This document shows, in pieces, positions 16,550 to 26,312 of a DNA stretch of 33,649 nt. The translations under genes were made by a program, and so were the position numbers. The DNA is taken from NCBI GenBank assembly GCA_013695775.1, contig JACCZV010000336.1, positions 1 to 33,649 of the forward strand, given 5' to 3'. Numbering within the stretch: position 1 is the stretch's first letter; the number at the start of each line of letters is the position of its first letter. Below the pieces are notes generated by a model. It was given only the letters and a program-made list of their open reading frames with translations, did not search any database and had not been told where the DNA came from. The stretch is from Chitinophagales bacterium. Lineage in GTDB: Bacteria > Bacteroidota > Bacteroidia > Chitinophagales > UBA10324.

Positions 16550-18328
16550 ATGCGTTATCTGATAATTTTTTTCCTGCTTTTTTATTGTGTATCCACTGCT
16601 GCGCAGGAAAAATACTATCTGAATATTAACGCTGCTGATAAAGATAGCGGTTTTTTAACTAAGGGCTTTTCATATGAGAAAGAATTCGCCGACACAACAA
16701 CTAGAACTGCAGAGCTCAAAAAATTATTAACTAAGCTATATGAAAAGGGATATCTCGAAACAGCATATTATTTCGCTGGTGGAGATAGTTCAACAGTGAG
16801 CTACAGTCTTTTCACAGGTATACAATGGCAGTGGGCAAAACTCTATAATGGAAATATCGATGCAGTCATTCTTGATCGTATTGGTTTTCGGGAGAAATTA
16901 TATAGTGGAAAGCCATTTAGTATATCACAGGTAATTGCACTGCTTAATGAAATTTTGGGTTACTGCGAAAACAATGGTTATCCGTTTGCATCGGTCTATC
17001 TCGACAGTTTTAAAATTGATCATAATAATTTAAGCGCACGTATATTTCTTTTAAAAAATAAGCTAATAACCATTGACAGTATAAAAGTACAGGGTAATGT
17101 AAATATTTCTTACAGATATTTAGCCAACTATCTTGGTTTTCGCCTACCATCTGTTTATCAGGAGGATCTGGTGAAAAAGATTGCGGTAAGACTTAAAGAG
17201 CTTCCTTTCTTGACAGAAGAAAAACCCGCTCAGATTCTTTTTCAGGACCGCTACGCTTATCTTCTTTTATACTTAAAGAAAAAGAACGCAAGTAATTTTG
17301 ACTTCGTATTGGGAGTATTACCTAACAGCAACACTACAGGCAAGCTTCTTATTACCGGGGACGGCCGAATGAATCTCATCAATCCTTTTGGTAAAGGCGA
17401 ATCCCTTGGTTTAAGATTCAATCAGTTACAAAGCCGCACCACTGAAATGCGGTTGCAGGCGAGCTATCCCTACATTTTTAACCTGCCATTTGGTATCGAT
17501 GCCTCATTTGATTTATATAAAAATGACACTCTTTATCTTGAAGTGAAGGAGCAGGTGGGTATTCAATATCTTTTTACAGGTGTCAATTATCTTAAAATAT
17601 ATTTCAGGAATACTGGTAATTCGATCTTGTCGGTTGATACATTGTCAATCCTTCAGACCAAACAATTACCCTCTTACCTTGCCTTCAACACAAATTTTTA
17701 TGGCGTGGAATATCAATTTGAGCGGCTCGATTACCGCATCAACCCACAACGTGGCGTGGCAATGATATTCAGTGGTGAAGCAGGGAATCGAAAAATAAAG
17801 AAAGATAATCGGATACTTCAATTAACAGATCCGTTTCAGCCTGAATTTAATTTCAGTTCATTATACGATTCTGTTGATCTTAAAGAAACACAATTCCGCT
17901 TAACAGGAAACATTGACAAATTCTGGCTCTTATCAGGCAGAAGCTCATTTAAAAGCTCATATCATGGCGGAGCAATCCTCAGTAATAACATCTTTGAAAA
18001 TGAATTGTATCATATTGGCGGATTCCGCTTTTTAAGGGGCTTCGATGAGCAATCTATATTTGCATCGCAATATCATGTAGCAACTCTGGAATATCATTAT
18101 CTGCTTAGTCTTAATTCCTTTGCTTATCTTTTTTTTGATGCCGGATATATTGAAAATTCTGCCTTGATATCCTACACCTCTGATACTCCTGTAGGTTTCG
18201 GCGCAGGACTCAATTTTGAAACCAAGGCAGGTGTCTTTGGCATAAGCTATGCGCTGGGCAGGCAAAAGGATAACCCCATTGAATTTCGTTCTGCAAAAAT
18301 TCACTTTGGCTATGTCAATCATTTTTAA
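16550..18328 (+). CDS. Omp85/BamA-family-like outer-membrane beta-barrel protein
   Basis: 592-aa ORF with a signal peptide (FLLFYCVSTAAQ). The N-terminal region looks POTRA-like. It has the Omp85 loop-6-type motif IGGFRFLRGF, an amphipathic beta-strand pattern and a C-terminal aromatic residue (...HFGYVNHF). Confidence 0.7.
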   Translation: MRYLIIFFLLFYCVSTAAQEKYYLNINAADKDSGFLTKGFSYEKEFADTTTRTAELKKLLTKLYEKGYLETAYYFAGGDSSTVSYSLFTGIQWQWAKLYNGNIDAVILDRIGFREKLYSGKPFSISQVIALLNEILGYCENNGYPFASVYLDSFKIDHNNLSARIFLLKNKLITIDSIKVQGNVNISYRYLANYLGFRLPSVYQEDLVKKIAVRLKELPFLTEEKPAQILFQDRYAYLLLYLKKKNASNFDFVLGVLPNSNTTGKLLITGDGRMNLINPFGKGESLGLRFNQLQSRTTEMRLQASYPYIFNLPFGIDASFDLYKNDTLYLEVKEQVGIQYLFTGVNYLKIYFRNTGNSILSVDTLSILQTKQLPSYLAFNTNFYGVEYQFERLDYRINPQRGVAMIFSGEAGNRKIKKDNRILQLTDPFQPEFNFSSLYDSVDLKETQFRLTGNIDKFWLLSGRSSFKSSYHGGAILSNNIFENELYHIGGFRFLRGFDEQSIFASQYHVATLEYHYLLSLNSFAYLFFDAGYIENSALISYTSDTPVGFGAGLNFETKAGVFGISYALGRQKDNPIEFRSAKIHFGYVNHF

Positions 18329-18340
18329 TAATATGATTTC

Positions 18341-19324
18341 ATGCCTCTGAAATTATTGTTAGCTGTTCTCTGTGTTATAGTTCCTCTACTATTCTGCCAG
18401 TTTTCCGCAGCTCAGAATTTAACGGCGGATTCTATAATAGTAAAGCAACCCTATGATTCAGAAATATTCACCCAAGGGTCTATCTTAAAACTTTCTCAAC
18501 AAGATTCCTATACAGACACTATCCAGTATCTCGCCGCACGAAGCCAGATAGCAGAGAGAGAAGCTATATATAAACACTGGAAAAAGAACTTTCCTGCTCC
18601 CATGGTGCATTCCAGAGTTAATTTAGAAAGTGTACGAAACGATCAATTGCTCCGGCTTCATAAGCAGAACGACTGGAAATTCTATTTATCATTTTTTCTG
18701 CTCGCTGTGCTTGCTTTAATCCGATACAGCTATTCCAGGGAGTTTGATGAACTATCTTCCGTTTTTAAAAATTGGGGGCCTAGTCAGCAGATGTACCGAG
18801 AGTTGGGTACCGGGGCCTCATTCGGCACCGTACTTCTCAATCTTTTCTCAGCAGGTGTACTGTCGTTTTACGTATTTCTGTTGTTATACCGATACGATGC
18901 TATAGAGGTAACCCCAGCCTGGATTTTAATGCTGCTATCTGTTGCCGCAGTATCTGCATTTTTGCTGGCCCGATATGCCTCATTGAAGGTGACATCTTTA
19001 CTATTACCATTTAAAAAAGAGATTGCTCTTTATAACTATTATGAGATTCAGATCAATCAAACGATGAGTGTCTGGTTGTTTCCTTTAACGTTGTTGATTG
19101 CGTTTGCTAAATCGCCTTTAGATGAATATGCACTTTATGCATCTTTCCTCGTGCTCCTGTGGTTCATACTTTGTCGGTATATAAAAGGGTTCAATATAGG
19201 CCTCAATTACTTTGGAAGGCACCTGTTCCACTTTTTATTGTATATTTGCGCCCTGGAAATTGCACCTGTAGTAATTATAATCCGGTTAATATTAAATCTG
19301 GCGCCGCTCAGTTTTTCTTATTAA
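18341..19324 (+). CDS. polytopic membrane protein, DUF4271-like
   Basis: 327-aa ORF starting 12 nt after the Omp85-like stop. It has a signal/anchor sequence plus about six hydrophobic helices. Its position immediately upstream of hemD matches the DUF4271-hemD synteny that I know from Bacteroidota. The family assignment is from memory and has not been searched. Confidence 0.65.
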   Translation: MPLKLLLAVLCVIVPLLFCQFSAAQNLTADSIIVKQPYDSEIFTQGSILKLSQQDSYTDTIQYLAARSQIAEREAIYKHWKKNFPAPMVHSRVNLESVRNDQLLRLHKQNDWKFYLSFFLLAVLALIRYSYSREFDELSSVFKNWGPSQQMYRELGTGASFGTVLLNLFSAGVLSFYVFLLLYRYDAIEVTPAWILMLLSVAAVSAFLLARYASLKVTSLLLPFKKEIALYNYYEIQINQTMSVWLFPLTLLIAFAKSPLDEYALYASFLVLLWFILCRYIKGFNIGLNYFGRHLFHFLLYICALEIAPVVIIIRLILNLAPLSFSY

Positions 19325-19339
19325 AAAATCAGGAGACAA

Positions 19340-20182
19340 ATGAAATTGATGGTTGAAAAAAATACCCGTGGGATAAATTTATCTCCAAATTCACCGCAAT
19401 CACAATCCAAAACCTTCAACAGCAATTCGCACAAGATTAAAATAAAGGCGATTCTTATCACCCAACCCAAGCCTGAGACTGATAAAAACCCTTATTTCGA
19501 TCTGGCTAGGAAACATAATGTGGTTGTAGAATTTAAGCCCTTTATTCATTTAGAGGGAATCACTGCAAAGGAATTTCGAAAGCAAAAAATTAATCCTATA
19601 GATTACAATGCTCTTATTTTTACGAGTCGAAGTGCGGTAGATCAGTATTTCAAGCTGTGTGATGAACTTAGGGTTAAGATGTCGCCCGATGCAAAATATT
19701 ATTGCATGACGGAATCTATAGCTCTTTACCTTCAGAAGTACATTTTATTCAGAAAACGTAAAGTTTTTTTTGGTGATGGCACTTTTCAGGGGCTAACGGA
19801 AATAATAGAGAAGCATCGCGATGGTGAAAAATTTCTGATCCCTTGCTCAGATATTCATAAAGCCGACATTTCAGATTTTCTCCGAAAGAAAAAATATGAG
19901 TTTGCTGAAGGAATAATTTTTAAAACAGTTCCTGTAGAGCTTATCGAACAGGAGATACGAAAATATGATCTCATTGTATTTTTTACTCCATCGGGAGTAA
20001 CCGCATTGAAGCAAAACTTCCCGGATTTCCAGCAAAAGGCCCTTAGGCTTGGTGCTTTCGGACCCCTCACCACACAAGCAGTTTTAAATGCAGGATTACA
20101 ATTAAATATTCAGGCCCCTGCCCCGGCAGCGCCATCTATGACGATGGCGCTTGATAATTATCTGAGCGGGAATATCCATTAA
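19340..20182 (+). CDS. hemD: uroporphyrinogen-III synthase with a ~30-aa low-complexity N-terminal extension
   Basis: 280-aa ORF. From ILITQPKPE onward it resembles Bacteroidota HemD/HEM4 (LIFTSRSAVDQYF, VFFTPSGV). No alternative ATG lies closer to the conserved core. Confidence 0.78.
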   Translation: MKLMVEKNTRGINLSPNSPQSQSKTFNSNSHKIKIKAILITQPKPETDKNPYFDLARKHNVVVEFKPFIHLEGITAKEFRKQKINPIDYNALIFTSRSAVDQYFKLCDELRVKMSPDAKYYCMTESIALYLQKYILFRKRKVFFGDGTFQGLTEIIEKHRDGEKFLIPCSDIHKADISDFLRKKKYEFAEGIIFKTVPVELIEQEIRKYDLIVFFTPSGVTALKQNFPDFQQKALRLGAFGPLTTQAVLNAGLQLNIQAPAPAAPSMTMALDNYLSGNIH

Positions 20183-20329
20183 AACCTGTAGATATTGTTT
20201 TCTTCTTAGTACAAGCCAATTTCGTTTCAGGTGAACTAATGCGATAATTTGGGTGTAGAAAGCCAGTCAACAAATTTATCTCTTTTGATCATTCGATTAA
20301 AATGTGGTTAATTTACAGGAGTTGAATCT

Positions 20330-21307
20330 ATGAAAGCAGTTAAGGGCAGTCTTATAATTATTTCAATTTTTTTACTAGGGTCATCTTATACATCTGCTCA
20401 GCAAGATCCTCAGTTTAGTCAGCATTTCCTCAATCCGGTTGCATTCAATCCTTCCTATGCAGGAATGGACAATGCCTTAAGTGCCACAACTCAGTTCCGA
20501 AGTCAATATGTGGGCATAGAAGGCCACCCTGTTATACAAAATCTTACCGTTCATTCCCCCGTTCCACTTCTTCACGGGGGCCTCGGCATCAATCTGCTTA
20601 ATGAACAAACGGGAGCACTGCGAAGTACTTTTTTAGCAATAGATTATTCTTATATTATTAAAACTAAACCTGGAAATTTTTCTATAGGCTTTGCTGGAGG
20701 ACTTGCCCAGATTAATGTTGATGGATCCAAATTGCGTTCTCCCGATGGCAGTTATCAAAACGGCATCAATCACAATGACAATATTCTACCTATTATTCCT
20801 GTGAGCGGATTTGCCGCTGATTTCTCTGTGGGAACTTTTTTTACCGGCCGTAACTTAAGTGTGGGAATAGCAGCCAATCATGTGATTCCTCAGACTATCA
20901 AGCTAAGCAGTGAAGGAAGCAATCTTGAATTTAGTTTAGAACGACAATATTATCTACAGGCTGGTTACCTCGCTAGATTGACAAAAACTTTTAACCTTAG
21001 GCCATCAATAATGATGAAATCTAATGGTAGTGCGTTGCAGGCGGAGGGAGACTTGATCGTTATTTATAACGATATCATCTGGGCTGGTGCAGGTTACCGC
21101 GGGTATAATGATCAAACCATGGATGCAATTGTAGGGTTGGTGGGAGTAACAATCAGTGAAAATTTCAGACTTGGCTATTCGTATGATTATACTACCTCGG
21201 CCCTGAAAGGTGCAAGTAATGGCTCACATGAACTAGTATTAAATTACATAGTCAATCTGATGAAACCTGTTAGACCAGGAAAAGTAATTTATACTCCAAG
21301 ATTCTAA
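20330..21307 (+). CDS. porP: type IX secretion system membrane protein, PorP/SprF family
   Basis: 325-aa ORF. A signal peptide is followed by the family signature AQQDPQFSQHFLNPVAFNPSYAG. The sequence has beta-barrel character and a C-terminal F. Confidence 0.87.
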   Translation: MKAVKGSLIIISIFLLGSSYTSAQQDPQFSQHFLNPVAFNPSYAGMDNALSATTQFRSQYVGIEGHPVIQNLTVHSPVPLLHGGLGINLLNEQTGALRSTFLAIDYSYIIKTKPGNFSIGFAGGLAQINVDGSKLRSPDGSYQNGINHNDNILPIIPVSGFAADFSVGTFFTGRNLSVGIAANHVIPQTIKLSSEGSNLEFSLERQYYLQAGYLARLTKTFNLRPSIMMKSNGSALQAEGDLIVIYNDIIWAGAGYRGYNDQTMDAIVGLVGVTISENFRLGYSYDYTTSALKGASNGSHELVLNYIVNLMKPVRPGKVIYTPRF

Positions 21308-21463
21308 CAGAGTAAAGTTGGTTCAGAACTTGAAAGCTATAGGTAAAAACATTTTTATCCCCCTTCAAACAAGAAAAAATACCATTGACCGTTTAATGTT
21401 TATTTTATAATCTAATTTTACTACTTTTACCACTCTCAAAGATCTAAACCTAAATGTTCGGGT

Positions 21464-22738
21464 ATGTTTAAAAACCATAGTTACCTGTTGCTGGGCTTTG
21501 TGGCTTTCTTGGCTAGTTGCAAGGGAGGTTATAACGGACAGTTGCTAGGTTCTCTTGATCGTCCAGGATGGAATGTCACAGTTCCGTATGGAATGGTTTA
21601 TATAAAATCAGGCTATTTGCACATTGGCCAGAGTGATCAGGATATCAATAATGCCCTGACACAGCGGTCTAAAGCCATTTCTGTGCAAGGATTTTTTATG
21701 GATGAAACCGAGATCACAAACAATGAATACCGCCAGTTTGTAGAATGGGTGAGAGACTCTATCGCACATACGCTTATTGGTGAAGATTACATGGTGGAAA
21801 ATGAAGAAACAGGCGAGGAAAAGGTAAACTGGGATGTGGACATTGATTGGGAAGACCCTGAGTTACAGGATGCTTTAAGTGAATTATACTTTCCCGAAGA
21901 TCAACGCATACTTGGCAAAAAAGAAATTGACCCAAGGAAATTAAATTATGTATACTATTGGGTTGATTTCAAAGAAGCAGCGCGTGATGTTAACCGGCAC
22001 AATCCTGATTTCGATCGTACCTCTGTTATAAAAGAGGAACTTGTAAATATTTATCCCGATACCTTGTCATGGGTCCACGATTTTGCTTATTCATACAATG
22101 AGCCAATGACGAGAAACTATTTCTGGCATCCCTCCTTCGACAATTATCCGGTAATCGGTGTTTCCTGGTCACAGGCGATGGCATTTAGCAAATGGAGGAC
22201 TCGTTTATGGGATGATTACCTTTCTGTGCGTGGAGATGCTACCAATGATGAATTCCGCTTACCTACGGAAGCAGAGTGGGAATATGCCGCTCGAGGCGGT
22301 CGCCAGCTGGCTCCATATCCCTGGGGAGGCCCATACATGAGAAATAAGAAGGGATGTCTTCTTGCCAATTTTAAACCAGGACGTGGAAACTACCCCGATG
22401 ATGGAGGTATGTATACCGTCAAGGCCGATGCATACTTTCCAAATGACTATGGATTGTATAATATGGCCGGCAACGTTTCTGAATGGACCTCAAGCGCTTT
22501 TTACGAGAATGGATACCAATTCGAACACGATATGAATCCTGACATACGTTATGACGTGGATGCGGGCGACCCTATAACGATGAAGAGAAAAGTAACACGT
22601 GGCGGATCCTGGAAAGACATTGCCTACATGTGTCAGGTAGGGACCCGTAACTACGAATATCAGGATACTGCTAAATGTTATATTGGTTTTCGCGATGTAA
22701 TAACATTTCTGGGCAGATCTATTGACGATAGACCATAA
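21464..22738 (+). CDS. gldK: gliding motility / T9SS lipoprotein GldK (PorK)
   Basis: It has a lipobox (FLASCKG) and formylglycine-generating-enzyme/SUMF1-type domain motifs (VSWSQAMAFSKW, LPTEAEWEYAARGG, NVSEWT, TRGGSWKD). It sits first in a K-L-M-N gene order. Confidence 0.92.
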   Translation: MFKNHSYLLLGFVAFLASCKGGYNGQLLGSLDRPGWNVTVPYGMVYIKSGYLHIGQSDQDINNALTQRSKAISVQGFFMDETEITNNEYRQFVEWVRDSIAHTLIGEDYMVENEETGEEKVNWDVDIDWEDPELQDALSELYFPEDQRILGKKEIDPRKLNYVYYWVDFKEAARDVNRHNPDFDRTSVIKEELVNIYPDTLSWVHDFAYSYNEPMTRNYFWHPSFDNYPVIGVSWSQAMAFSKWRTRLWDDYLSVRGDATNDEFRLPTEAEWEYAARGGRQLAPYPWGGPYMRNKKGCLLANFKPGRGNYPDDGGMYTVKADAYFPNDYGLYNMAGNVSEWTSSAFYENGYQFEHDMNPDIRYDVDAGDPITMKRKVTRGGSWKDIAYMCQVGTRNYEYQDTAKCYIGFRDVITFLGRSIDDRP

Positions 22739-22783
22739 CGATCAACATCTTATTTTAATCAATAATTAAAACTCATTTCACAC

Positions 22784-23602
22784 ATGAATAGAATTGTTGC
22801 ATTTTTTGAAACCGAAAGAGGAAAAAGATTGAAGAACCTGATTATTGGATTGGGTGCATCTGTAGTATTGCTCGGAGCATTATTCAAATTGCAGCATTGG
22901 GAATTTGCAAGTGAACTGCTTATTATTGGCATGTGCACCGAAGCGTTCATCTTCGCCCTACTTGGAATACTTCCTCCGCATAGAGATTATTACTGGGAAA
23001 AAATATATCCTGAATTAAACATGGCACCGGATGATGAGGAATTGAAAATGATAAAAGAAACATCTTCCCACGGATCTATTACAAATCAACTCGACCAGAT
23101 GATGGCCGAAGCTAATATGGAACCTGAACTGATCAGACGTTTAGGAGATAACCTCAGGCGTTTGGGTGATAACATTTCTCATCTCCACGATCTAACTGAT
23201 GCATCATTGGCTACCAATGAATATTCTAATCGCGCAAAGCAAGCTGCCGGGGCTCTGGCTGAAATGAAGGTTGCTTACACGAATGCTACTGAGGCAGCCA
23301 ACTTGCTTGCGAATGCAGCAGGTGAAACTAAAAATTACCATGAACAGGTGCAGCTTGTATCTAAAAATCTTGCGCAGCTTAATGTGATTTACGAATTAGA
23401 GCTTCAGGATAGCAACAGCCACCTGAAAACCATGAATAAGTTTTATGGCTCTCTCACTCAGGCGATGGATAATCTTTCTGAATCAGTAGAGGATACCAAG
23501 CGATACCGCTCTGAAATGGCGGGGCTGGCAAAGAATCTGACGCAGCTTAACAATGTTTATGGCAACATGCTCTCTGCAATGACAATTGGAAGAACAAGCT
23601 AA
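22784..23602 (+). CDS. gldL: gliding motility / T9SS motor protein GldL (PorL)
   Basis: 272-aa ORF. It has two N-terminal transmembrane helices, with a Glu in the second (MCTEAFIFALLG), then a coiled-coil-like cytoplasmic tail. It lies between gldK and gldM. Confidence 0.9.
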   Translation: MNRIVAFFETERGKRLKNLIIGLGASVVLLGALFKLQHWEFASELLIIGMCTEAFIFALLGILPPHRDYYWEKIYPELNMAPDDEELKMIKETSSHGSITNQLDQMMAEANMEPELIRRLGDNLRRLGDNISHLHDLTDASLATNEYSNRAKQAAGALAEMKVAYTNATEAANLLANAAGETKNYHEQVQLVSKNLAQLNVIYELELQDSNSHLKTMNKFYGSLTQAMDNLSESVEDTKRYRSEMAGLAKNLTQLNNVYGNMLSAMTIGRTS

Positions 23603-23660
23603 AAGGTTGTAAAAGATAGAAACAAAATTTTTTTCGAAATAAATTAAAATCATTTAAAGA

Positions 23661-25337
23661 ATGTCTATCCCAAAGGAACCGCGACAGATCATGATTAACC
23701 TCATGTATTTGGTTTTAACGGCTCTGCTTGCATTGAATGTATCTGCTGAAATATTGCATGCGTTTCATGTTGTAAATGCTGGCCTTACAGTTTCATCAGA
23801 GGCCATTAGCAGTAAAAACACTGAAACATTTGGTGCGTTTGATGAGCAATTTAAGAATGACCCAAAGCGTACCGGGCCGTTTCTGGAGAAAGCAAAGAGA
23901 GCAAAACAGCTTTCTGATGAAATGTATGCGTCGATAGAAGATTTGCAACGGGAGATGATTTCTCTATCGGGCGGTATTATTGATAATGAGACAGGAGAGA
24001 AAATTGATGTAAAGTCTATGGCGGTTTCTGATCTGATGAAGAAAGGAGAGCTGTTCGATGATAGAAACCTTGAGATATCTACTAACCTGATGATTAATAA
24101 AGGCAAAGGAGACGAGCTAAAGGCAAAGATCAACAAACTTCGCTCAGATTTGCTTGGTCTTGTTGATAATGCCCAGGATAAGAAAAATCTGGAATCGCAG
24201 CTTCCAATCATAGCTGAAGATCCAACGGAAAAAACTGATGGGGTGGTAAAAGGTTGGACAGTCACAAACTTTGAAATGGTGCCTACGATTGCGGCGCTTA
24301 CTTTATTAAATAAATATCAGAATGATGTCCGTAATTCAGAAGACCGGATCGTACAGTATCTCTTTAAGCAGGTGAATGCAAAATCTGTTGTAGTTGATCG
24401 GATTCAGGCAAAAGTGATTGCACCAACAAGCTATGTTATGGCTGGTCAGGAATATAAAGCTGACATTTTTGTTGCTGCATACAGCTCTACCGTTGACCCT
24501 GAAGTTTACCTGGGGTCATTAAACCCGAACATTGCTAAAAAAGATGCTGATGGTAATTTTATTGAACTGACAGAAAATCCCGTTTCGGGTGGAAGAGTTA
24601 TTCCCGTTGCTGGTGGCATGGGCCGTTATTCTACAGTAGCTGGGGGCGAAGGCATTCAAAAATATTCCGGTGCAGTAATGGTAAAAGGCCCGGATGGCAA
24701 ACCCCGTTATTATCCATTCGAATCAGAATATCAGACAGCAAAAGGTTCGGCCGTGGTGTCATCAGATAATCTAAATATTATCTATGCCGGTATCCCTAAT
24801 CCTTTCTCTGTATCTGTTCCTGGTTTTCCCGGAGATAGAGTGAGTGCTTCAGCAACTCAGGGGTCCTTTACTAAATCTGGAGCGGGAAAATTTTCTGCGG
24901 TTATGCCGGGTTCACTTGTAAATCAAAAGGTAAGTATTAATGTTTCCGTTCAATTGGAGGGAGGCAGCCGTCAGATTGGCTCTCAGGAATTTATAGTTAA
25001 ACGTATCCCCGATCCCGTAGCTGCTATCAATGGAACAATAACTGAAGGTGACATACCCACCAGCACGTTACGGGCCGTTCCCGGCATTGGAGCTATTTTA
25101 AAAGATTTCTATTTCCAGGGCGTCCGTTTTGATGTAACTTCATATGAATGTGTCTACATTCCTAAGAGGCAGGATCCAAGGATTGAGCAAAATTCCGGGG
25201 CAAAATTCAACTCGAGGATAGCACAGTTTATCCAAGGATGTAAGCCTGGCGATCAGATCATTTTTAGAAAAATAAGGGCAATGGGTCCTGATAAGACCGC
25301 ACGAAACTTAAATAGCATTCCACTCCAAATAAAATAA
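23661..25337 (+). CDS. gldM: gliding motility / T9SS motor protein GldM (PorM)
   Basis: 558-aa ORF. It has a single N-terminal transmembrane helix (INLMYLVLTALLALNVS) followed by a long periplasmic region. Its position in the operon supports the call. Confidence 0.9.
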   Translation: MSIPKEPRQIMINLMYLVLTALLALNVSAEILHAFHVVNAGLTVSSEAISSKNTETFGAFDEQFKNDPKRTGPFLEKAKRAKQLSDEMYASIEDLQREMISLSGGIIDNETGEKIDVKSMAVSDLMKKGELFDDRNLEISTNLMINKGKGDELKAKINKLRSDLLGLVDNAQDKKNLESQLPIIAEDPTEKTDGVVKGWTVTNFEMVPTIAALTLLNKYQNDVRNSEDRIVQYLFKQVNAKSVVVDRIQAKVIAPTSYVMAGQEYKADIFVAAYSSTVDPEVYLGSLNPNIAKKDADGNFIELTENPVSGGRVIPVAGGMGRYSTVAGGEGIQKYSGAVMVKGPDGKPRYYPFESEYQTAKGSAVVSSDNLNIIYAGIPNPFSVSVPGFPGDRVSASATQGSFTKSGAGKFSAVMPGSLVNQKVSINVSVQLEGGSRQIGSQEFIVKRIPDPVAAINGTITEGDIPTSTLRAVPGIGAILKDFYFQGVRFDVTSYECVYIPKRQDPRIEQNSGAKFNSRIAQFIQGCKPGDQIIFRKIRAMGPDKTARNLNSIPLQIK

Positions 25338-25360
25338 TTTCATCAGAAAAAAACGATCCA

Positions 25361-26191
25361 ATGGAGAAGATTAGAAAAATGTTGTTTGTAATTATCTTGT
25401 TAATTGCAGCAACATTTCAATTATTCAGCCAGGCAACTGAAACGCTGCCCCGTGATCTTTTTTATGAGAAAACAGGCCCTTCAGAAAAAGAAATTATTCC
25501 ATATGATGATATTCGTGAAGCTGATGTTTTCTGGCACAAGAGAATATGGAGAATAATTGACTCGAGGGAAAAGATCAATTTGCCATTTCAATATGAGGGT
25601 ATTGACTGGAAGGATTTGAAACCTTTAGTTCATATTCTCCGCGATGCCGCTGTTTCGGGTGAGGTAACAGTTTATCAGGAAGACAACTTCAAAACTGTAA
25701 AGTTGCCTACCGATGTGGCCCGTGTAGGCGCCGGCAATGATACCATTCCGTTGACCGATCTCGATGGTAATTATCTAAAAGATACCGTGATGACACGAGA
25801 ATTTGATCCTACTAGGGTTTCGAAATATCGTGTTAAAGAAGACTGGTTTTTTGATGAAGAAACCTCTACAATGCAGGTGCGCATAATGTCCATTGCGCCT
25901 TTATATTACGATGATGAAATTCAACAAGACATTCCGATGTTTTGGGCACATTATCCCACCCTGCGCAATGTGCTTGTAAAGCAGGAAGTTTTCAATCCCC
26001 GCAATGATGCTGTACGGCTTACCTGGGATGATCTGTTTGAGATGCGTTTGTTCGGAAGCTATATCTATAAAGAATCTAACGTCTTCGATAGAAGAATTCA
26101 GGATTATGCCTCGGGCATAGACGCATTGCGGGAATCAGATCGGATAAAGGATGATATCTTTAATTTTGAACATGATCTTTGGTCATATTAA
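25361..26191 (+). CDS. gldN: gliding motility / T9SS periplasmic ring protein GldN (PorN)
   Basis: 276-aa ORF with a signal peptide. It has GldN-like segments (READVFWHKRIWRIID and VKEDWFFD). It is the last gene of the K-L-M-N set, starting 23 nt after gldM. Confidence 0.88.
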   Translation: MEKIRKMLFVIILLIAATFQLFSQATETLPRDLFYEKTGPSEKEIIPYDDIREADVFWHKRIWRIIDSREKINLPFQYEGIDWKDLKPLVHILRDAAVSGEVTVYQEDNFKTVKLPTDVARVGAGNDTIPLTDLDGNYLKDTVMTREFDPTRVSKYRVKEDWFFDEETSTMQVRIMSIAPLYYDDEIQQDIPMFWAHYPTLRNVLVKQEVFNPRNDAVRLTWDDLFEMRLFGSYIYKESNVFDRRIQDYASGIDALRESDRIKDDIFNFEHDLWSY

Positions 26192-26312
26192 CTTTTGAAT
26201 AATCGCAAAAGCTTTATAAACCTGGTCGATAGATCGGGTTTTGTTTTTTGATAAAATCGTGATTCACTTCACCTGCAACTGATAGTATATTAATGTTTTG
26301 TAGTCATTCTGC

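Noticed and set aside
19159-19356. 65-aa plus-strand ORF overlapping the DUF4271 3' end and the hemD start
   Set aside because: It is an out-of-frame overlap with two better-supported genes and is likely spurious.
20183-21463. Bacteroidota-type promoter -7 elements (TAnnTTTG) upstream of porP and gldK
   Set aside because: Only near-matches were found by eye (for example TAATTTTA and TACTTTTA at about 21412-21430). They are not reliable enough to annotate without transcription start site data.
23135-23173. Tandem RRLGDN(L/I) heptad duplication in GldL, considered as a recent DNA duplication or slippage site
   Set aside because: The two 18-nt copies differ at three synonymous third positions (AGACGTTTAGGAGATAAC versus AGGCGTTTGGGTGATAAC). 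The duplication is therefore old and maintained at the protein level, and it is not an unstable repeat.
23765-24265. 166-aa antisense ORF inside gldM
   Set aside because: It is a Ser/Phe/Leu-rich, low-complexity translation, typical of the complement of a Lys/Glu/Asp-rich coding region. It is fully embedded in a well-supported gene.
26218-26250. Rho-independent terminator after gldN (AACCTGGTCGATAGATCGGGTT followed by TTGTTTTTTG)
   Set aside because: The T-run is good, but the best stem I can draw has only about 3-5 pairs, including wobbles and mismatches. That is too weak to call without a folding calculation.
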